Both the position numbers and the translations under genes were made by a program. Positions 52,701 through 61,700 of a DNA stretch of 64,000 nt are shown here, piece by piece. Every line of letters begins with the position of its first letter. Positions within the stretch are counted from its first letter, which is position 1. Origin of the DNA: Octopus vulgaris (taxonomy: Eukaryota); NCBI GenBank assembly GCA_951406725.2, contig OX597822.1, positions 42,532,001 through 42,596,000 on the forward strand, given 5' to 3'. The notes below the pieces were generated by a model. The model was not told the origin of the DNA, searched no databases, and saw nothing but the letters and a program-made list of their open reading frames with translations.

Positions 52701-54421
52701 AGACCCTGTCAAATCAGTGAAATTGTTGTCATGTATACCCAGCTTGAATTCTTGGAAGTTGATAGCTGCAGGAAAGGAATTCCAGATGGCTGATGTCTTG
52801 TTGACAATGAACTGGGTGTAGTAGTTAAAGTGATGCTTGGTAGGATGCACACAATATGGGCGATGATAGGAGGAGAGCTGAGTGAGCCAGGATGGGAGTG
52901 GTATGTGCCCAACCAGCTCTGAGCAACAAAGGGCACCATAGTGAAAATACAAAGTAATAGCTTATCTGTGAACCAGAGATTGGAGTGTATTTGCGAACAA
53001 CTTCATTTTACACACAGCACATACAGTCCTCTATACACAGCCCATAATCCATGACTTTAACCCATCACATATTACATACATCACATACAAGCCTCAATAA
53101 AAACCATGTTTCACTACCATGCACCACATGTAGTCCTCTACATTCACTGTCCGTTTTTCACTACCATCACATATCTTACACACACCAAATAGAAACTGAT
53201 AAAAGCAATCATGCATGGAACACTGACAACAGAAGGGTGCAATGCAGTGGAACAAAGCTGTGTGAGGTAGGGTTCCTACAATACTGACAGTACAACATCG
53301 ACAACAACAGTAGCAACGTCAATATATATTGATAAAGTAAAGGAATTGAGCTTCTAAGATACAACTACCACACACATACACACACACTCAGACACTCACA
53401 TACATGCAATAGCTGTTAGGTTTCATCCACAGTAGAGATGTTTCATGTACACTGACATCAAAGACACTCACCTAGACTGGAACGGTTGATTCTGTACGTA
53501 GAATTGTTGTGGAAAGGCATCATGTGGTTGAGGATAATGGAGAGACAGTCTGCCACCTGGCTGTTTGGAGCACAGGCCAAAGCTGGGGTGTAACCTGGTA
53601 ATAAAGAAAACAATAATGATGGAGGTGGTTTTAGTATTTATGTCACCGTTTGGCCACAGTTACTGGCAGGACCTTCAGTTGCCAATACAATATCTCTTGT
53701 TCATCATGTTAGTTGTTGAATAGGTTATCATCAAGGCTTTTTACCTTGCCTGTTTGTACATGCTTAATTTTTTTTTTCTGAGGACGGTGGATTTATACCA
53801 TGATGTAATCTGTGAATGCATCAATAAAATGCTACCGAAACAGCTCTAATTCCAATTGCTGAAGACTAGCATCACACTTGAAACTTAAAGTACTAAAGGA
53901 ATTTGAATCAAACTGTTTGATCCATACATGTAACTCCCAATAAATGTGTTGAGTGCCCTTCTTTTGTTTGTATGCTCACGTGTATATATATCTATCTAAC
54001 AGCCCTTACCATTTGTTTTTACTGTCCTGTTTTTGTGACCACTTTAACCCGCTGCAAATCCCAAATTTTATTTAATTTGCTTTGCAGGAACAACTGTTTT
54101 AACAAAGTCGCGTCTTCTCCCAGCATTCAAAACGTGGAGTTGATAAAACAGGGGACAACTGATGAAGGTATTGTTCTTTGTCGCCTGTCTCGTTTCTCTA
54201 TTTGTTTCTTTTGTCGTTCGAAAACAAGTTGTTTTCCATGCTTTTGTTTTTTTTATGTTCTTGTTTTTAATTTTGTTCATGTTTTTTTGACGTCCTGTAC
54301 CCATATATGCATGTATATATACATATATATGTAGGTGTGTACATATGTATATATGCATTTATATATATATATATATAATTTATATTATTACATGATTGAA
54401 TGCTATGCATCCATTTCCAAG

Positions 54422-54463
<42 letters not shown>

Positions 54464-57400
54464 TACATATGCAAAGGGGTGGTGAAAAGTTCCTGGCTTT
54501 GAGTAAAAGAAAGCACAGAGGATCAGTAAATTATGATTTTATTTAACATATTCCCCTCTCAGATTCATACACTTATTGCAGTGGTCCTTGCAATACCTTT
54601 AAAACCAGGAACTTTTCAACACTCCCTTTGTGTGTGTGTGTGTGTGTGTATGCACATACTTGTGGTATACTACCAACAAATGACAATGGTTGTTTTACCT
54701 GACTGTTAACTCAATGTTAAGGTACCCAGCCATACTCTAGATTCTAATGAAGCTTGTAACTATTCTATCTATCTATATGTGAAACAAATGTAGTGCAGAT
54801 GCCTGATGTGTGTGTGTGTGTGTGTGTGCACTTACCACTTTCGTCTAATGCCATCACACTGGAACCTTTCAATAGTAATTCTCTAACAATGGCCACTAAC
54901 CCATTCCGGGCAGCAATGTGTAAAGGTCTGAAACAAAGCAAAAAGGAAATGTCAGTGTCTGAGAGTTCAAAGGTGGTGGATAGTCTTTACAATCCCTGTC
55001 AGGCAATCAATATTGTGCAGAGAAACCATAATGGCCACGACCAAGTCCACCTTGCCCACCTCTGCTGTGGCCATTTTTGTACAGGTTTACAAAAACAGAA
55101 TGGTCAGTGGGAGGAGTATAATATGTCCAGTTCATCACTGCATATCAGAGGGTGCACTCAGCTGCTCAGTTTTATCAAGAGCAACATGTCTCTGGAATAA
55201 CAGATCTGTGCTTCATACCTAATTGTTTAGGTGGCTAAACATTATTTACATTTGACGGATATTTGATACATTATTTACATTTGACGGATATTTGCCCTCA
55301 TCTTGTTTGTTGTAAACACAACGTTTCGGCTGATACACCCTCCAGCTTTCATCAGGTGTCTTGGGAGAAATGTCGAACCTGGGTGCTCATTCCTAAGGTA
55401 TTTTCCGATATTATTATTATTCAGGTCACTGCCTGGAATCGAACTCGGAATCTTGGGGTTAGTAGCCTGTGCTCTTAACCACTATGCCATATGCCTGTGG
55501 GTGTTGTGGTTAAGAGCATGGGCTACTAACCCCAAGATTCCAAGTTCGATTCCAGGCAGTGACCCGAATAATAATAATAATAATAACAACGACATCAAAA
55601 AATACCTTAGGAATGAGAACCCAGGTTTGAAATTTCCCCAAGACACCTGATGAAGGCTGGAGGGTATATCAGCCGAAATGTTATGTTAACAACAAACAAG
55701 GTAAGGACAAATATCCGTCAAATGTAAATAATGTACATAATTCTTCATCTCTTAAAATATAGAACTGTATTATCAGAGATGATGTAGAGCTGCTGCTACT
55801 ACTACTACCATTAAACAAACCACACATATACAAACAATGATGCATCCAACAGATTCACACACATTCTGAATGAATCATTGTAGATCAAGAGGGTCAATGG
55901 TTAAGTTTCTAAATCCCTATCCCTTTGGTCACAGGTTCAAACTTTGCTACAGCCACTGTGCCAAGTTTTTGCTAGGTATAGCACAGTGACTGTAAAGTCA
56001 TTAACGTTGGGTTACTGATCAAAACATTGCTATTACAATTATCCTTCCACCACACCTTTAAACAAGCAGACAAATCATCATCATCATCATCATTTAATGT
56101 TTGCTTTTCATGCTGGAATGGGTTGGATGGTTTGACAGAAGCTGGCAAACTAGAGAGCTGCACCAGGCTCCAGTCGTCTGTTTTGGCATGGTTTCTGTGG
56201 CTGGATGCTCTTCTTAATACCAACCACTTTACGGAATGTGCGGGGGGCTTCATCTGCAGTGCTGATGTAAGTGCTTCATGTGTGGTGCCAGCGTGCAGCT
56301 TCATACATGGGACCAGCGTGGATGCTTCACATGTGGTGCCAGCACTCACTCACTGCTAAGCTAAATAATTAGTTACTACACCCACATCACTGTGGATGGG
56401 GTTAGGTAATGACCAAGTGGTTAAGAGGTTCACTTCACAATTCAACACACTCAGGTTGGAGCCATATGTGTAGCACTTTGGGCAAAGGGTTGTTTATCAT
56501 AGTCTCTGACCAATCAAAGATTTGTGAGTGAAAATTGGTAGATGAAGACTGGGTGGAAATCCATCAATTTATATGGTAAGCCCAGATGTGAGAATGTTGC
56601 ATTTTCATAGACGAGGGGACAATGAGGTGGGGGGGTATGAGTATGATTCATTGGAAACCTACCCAACACTTGACGTGATAAAGACATTTCTCTATCCCTT
56701 TTATGCTCAGTCTACCTAGCTGTAAAGAGGCCTTGTCAGGAGTTTGATTGCAAGATTAGAATAGATGAAACACCATAATCAACTTGTGTCTTGTCTCAGT
56801 AGCTGATGGATGTAGAGATGCACACAGCTGACTGTACTGACACATAGATTTAACAATATTGCGGTATTTTGTCTGTTGTTATGTTCCGAGTTCAAACTCC
56901 GCCAAGAGAATATTGAGAATTGATGCTGATGACACACACAGTTAGTAGTGTTGACATACACAGCTGACTGTATTAACACACACACACGCACATTCTTAAC
57001 ATGCATAGTAGTGTTGACACACACACACACACACACACAATACTTACATTTTCAGTTCAGAGTTGGCAATATTTACAGTCGTGGAGTCATTTATTTTCTT
57101 TAACAGTTGCATAGCAACATGGGCATGGTGCTGTAAAGAGAGGAGCACAGAGAGAGAGAGAGTAATATATTTAACTGCAGAGAAATACACAAAGACAAAG
57201 AGACGAAAGAAAGAGAAAGAGTAATATGCAAATCTTACATTTATACAAGCATGGTGGAGGGGGGTATTTTTGTCATCGTCCACCAAAGACAGATCAGCAC
57301 CGTTTTCCAACAGCAGTTCTGTAAAAGAAGAAGCAAGTTATATATAGATCACTGTTGAGTGTGGTTAGTTGTATACCATAGACTACTTTAGGCTAGTGTG

Positions 57401-58688
57401 TGGTCAGTTGTATATCAAAGACCACTGGTCAATGTTGATATTGAAGGTAGATAATTGTGGTTAGCTGTTACAGTTAAGCAGTGACCATGGACAACATTGG
57501 CTGTGAGGTAAGAAGTTTGCTTCCCAATCACATGGTTCTGGGTTCAGTACCATTGTGTGGCACCTTGGGCAAGTGTTTTCTACCATAGCCCTAGGTCAAC
57601 CAAAGCCTTACTAATGGATTTGGTAGACGGAAAGATGCCAGTTGTGTGTAAGAACAATTTCCTTGCCATGACATTGCATAATAATTGTAAACGAATGTCA
57701 CTGTTGTGCAAGCGGTGTTCTTCATTACCAAAACTTGTGCAAAAACATGTCTGGTCAAGGAAAAATATTATCATATTTGGAAACAGGTGAGGGTTGCTGA
57801 TAGGAAGGTCAACTGACCATAGAAAATCCTCCTCAACAAATCCTGTCCAACCTATGTGAACATGGAAAAGCAAACCTTAAAATGATGACAACGATGATGA
57901 AGTATACTCTAGTGAACATTGTAAATAAAATCTGAGATAATTCAGCAGCCATCCAGTATTAATACAACAGAATGGTCAGTGCTGATGCCACGGAAAAAGC
58001 ATCCAGTCCACACTCTGAAGTGGTTGGCATTTGGAAGGGCATCCAGCAGTAAAAAACCACACCAAAACTGACCTCGCCTGTGCTTCTGCCACATAAAAAG
58101 CACTCAGTCCACTTTGCTGTGGTTGGGTGGTTGGTGTTAGGAAGGACAAACAAGTGTAAGAGCCCTGCCAAAACAAACAGAGAAGTCTGGTGCAGGCTTC
58201 TGTTAAACCATCCAACCCATGCCAGCATGGAAGGCAGACGTAAAGCAATGATGATGATGGTCAGCATGAAATGGTAATGTATTAAAGAAATCTTTTAGTT
58301 GTCAGTATAAACTATATAAATGTATTTATGATCACTTAGGGACAATGATATGGGTGCCACTGGATTGCACCTTGCAATGGTCAGTGTGTTGGACACTGTT
58401 ACAGCTTTTGTGGTAATGGTGTTATACGATCATCTTATGGAAAGTTTAGTGGGTAAATGATATCATGTGACCTACCTACTACCGTTGAGTGACCGTTGGC
58501 TGCAGCTAGTGTTATCGGTGTCCGTCCCATCCGATCAGAACAGTTGCAATCAGCACCGTGGTTCAACAATATCTGCATGCATTCATAATGGTTACCAAAC
58601 GCAGCCGCATGTAACGGTGTTCTGAAACAAAACAGTATGGGCATCAGTGTGTGAGTGTGCATGTAGGTGTGTGCGTGTGTACGTGTGC

Positions 58689-58737
<49 letters not shown>

Positions 58738-61700
58738 TGGATTGGTCTAACCCATGCCAGCATGGAAAACGGATGTTAAAGGATTATGATAATGCTACGC
58801 ACACACACATACATATGCATATATATATATATGTATGTGTGTGTATATGGTGGCAGTCCATTCCTTGCAGAGTTTAAACTCTTCTTGTACCTATAATTGT
58901 GCTTTCCTTTTGTGAGATTTTAAACAACCTTTGAGCCCTGAAAGGCAGTTAAGAAAGAGCTGATCATAAAATACTGCAGCAATGTCTCATTTCAGCACTG
59001 GCCCCACTTTCTGCTTGTTTGTTATGAAGGTTCAAGTGCCACCTCAATCCTCCATGTGATTTGCAGATTTTTTTTGACAGACATTGCAAACACACACACA
59101 TACAGAATCATTATCACTGCAGTCATTCTCATCACCATATTTATAACAAGGCAATGTGAGACCCTCCTTGTCTGAAATATGTGAATTTTCTCAAATCTCA
59201 CTTCACTATCTTTAAAAAAAAAAAGGAAAAAGATATTAGATAATGGAGTTCTAGATGCACAAAAAGACAAGATGGTCACAGTTGGACTGCCTTGATTAAG
59301 ACTAAATAACAACTTTGATGTCTTAATATTTCTGGTCCTTAATACTGGAGACAAGAGCACAGTGTGAAAAGAGGGATAATATCCATATAGTGTAGTAGAT
59401 AGGCAACACCACAGTGTAGGATGGGGACAACATTTCTTAAAAGACCTCACTAAAATTAAAAAAAAGGAAAAAATAACTACAACGCAGTTAGGGGAAAAGT
59501 GAAGTGAGCTCAATCTTAGTTACCTGCCCTTGGAATCTGTCGCTTTCACAATATCGTCTCCCAACTTTTCTATCAAAATTTCCACACAAGATTCATTACC
59601 ATTTATGCTGCAAAAAGATGATAACAATAATAATAATAATAATAATTCTTTCTACAATAGATACAGTGCTCAACCCAACCTCAGCGGAATTTGAACTCAC
59701 AACATAGACGGACAAAATGCCACTAAGCATTGTTTTTAACATAAGCACAAGACTAGAAATTTAAGGGAGGAGTTGTTTGATTACATAGATCCCAGTATCC
59801 CAATAATAGTAATCTTTTGTACTGTAGGCACAAAGCCTGAAATTTGGGAGGGTGGGGGTGGGGGCATCGATTAGATCGACCCCAGTACACAACTGGTACT
59901 TAATTTATGAAAATATCTGAAATAAACTCAACTGCTTTCACAAATGAGAATACTAAAAATGAACTTGACCGCTCTCAAAAATTAAGTAAAAAAACAGGAA
60001 AAATAATTCAGAATCTTTGTCCAGTACCGGATCGATCCCTAAATCTAATCAGTTTGTGCCAGTCATGAGGCCAAACATCCCTACAAGTTTCATCCGAATC
60101 CATCCAGCGGTTCTTGAGATATCTTGTCCGCTGACAAACAAACAAACATGACTGAAAACAATACCTCAGCCTTCGCTAAGGCAGAGGTAATAATAATAGT
60201 TACAGAATGTATGGGAGGAAAGTGATTAGAGAATATACTTACACAGCACAATGAAGGGGAGTAAATAAGGTTTTGCTCTGTGTCATCTTATGTTCAAGTA
60301 GAAGTTCTATACAACTGTCATGTCCTGCAACAGATATAATAATAATAATACAGAAGTGAGGGAAGTGTTGGAGGTGGTGGCTGGGGACAGTGGTGTAGTG
60401 TCATGGTGGAGAGGGCCAGGGTGTTGTGTTGTGGTGAGAGTAGTGCTGTTATGCTGGTGTGAGTGGTGATGATGGAGGTTAGCTGAAATATATGTACAAC
60501 AAGTATCTTATTTCTCAGACCAAAATTTACGGGGTAAAAACAAAAGGCTGGCTTATAAACCAAGATGACTCTGGAGGACCAAAGATCCCATGTGGAATGC
60601 AAAAAGATCTGTAAAGATAATGACAATGTTTGAATGTTTACATGACGTGATTAAACTTTATAGTATATCAACTTGTGTGCCAGAAAATATAGCATTTATT
60701 TTGGGGAGAAGAAACTTGCTTCAGTTGTATGCAATGTGTACCAGGACTATGTTTAATTCCCTGTTGACTACCATCATCACCATGATGTTGAAGACCAGCA
60801 CCACCACCACCAACAACATTAGGTTATACTTACCATTGTAGCAGGCCCAATGGAGTGGTGTGAAACCTTTATTGTCTTCTTGGTCTCCCATAATTCCAAT
60901 CTGAAACAATTACAAATATATAGTATGTATACAATATATATATTTACACATACACTCACACACAAAACATGTTTGAGTGCATTTGAATGTGATAAGACCT
61001 TCCACTGCGGAAATAGTCCTGAGAGAAAAATCTTCCCCTTAGACAAAATGTGTGAAGATACATTTTGGGTTGTGAATGACATTATATCAAAGGATTCATG
61101 CATTTCTGCATCTTTTCACTTTGTGCTACGATCTAATGATGTCAGTCACAGCTCAAAATATAATCTTACACATGTTGTCTAAGAGGAGAATATTGTTCTA
61201 GGACTATGTTCACAGGGAAAGGACTTATCATGTCTGAATGCATTCAAACATGTTACATATGGCTTTACGCAAATATATTTTATTCAATGGAACTTTGTAT
61301 GACAGTATATTTATATATATAGATAGATATGTATACACACACACACGCACACTATATGAATAGTGGGATATGGGAGAGGGGGTGAGTCAGTTTTCTGTAA
61401 ACATAAAATGGGTGGTAGTGATGGAGGTGGTACTAGACAGATAGATGCTACCTACACCACCACCACAAATGTAAAATTTGGGGGACAGGTATAGTGTTGT
61501 ACACAAGATACAGAGTTGTTTAATTGTTTATAAAGAAGGGGAGATGTGATGTTGTGACACTCATGCCCTTTAGTGTCCACTGGGATAAGAAATGTTAAAT
61601 CAGTTTGGCAACAACTTACAATTGCAGCAGTCACTTACACACACACACACAGAGCAGTATTCACACATCAATGGATACATACTCAGAACACGCACACATA

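Noticed and set aside
55425-55565. Functional tRNA genes (also the SINE heads at 7042 and 43100)
   Set aside because: A and B boxes are present, but there is no proper acceptor stem and they are embedded in repeats
59022-59513. 163-aa minus-strand ORF within ANKRD28
   Set aside because: Intronic, non-ATG start, no ankyrin pattern; the flanking exons already join in phase
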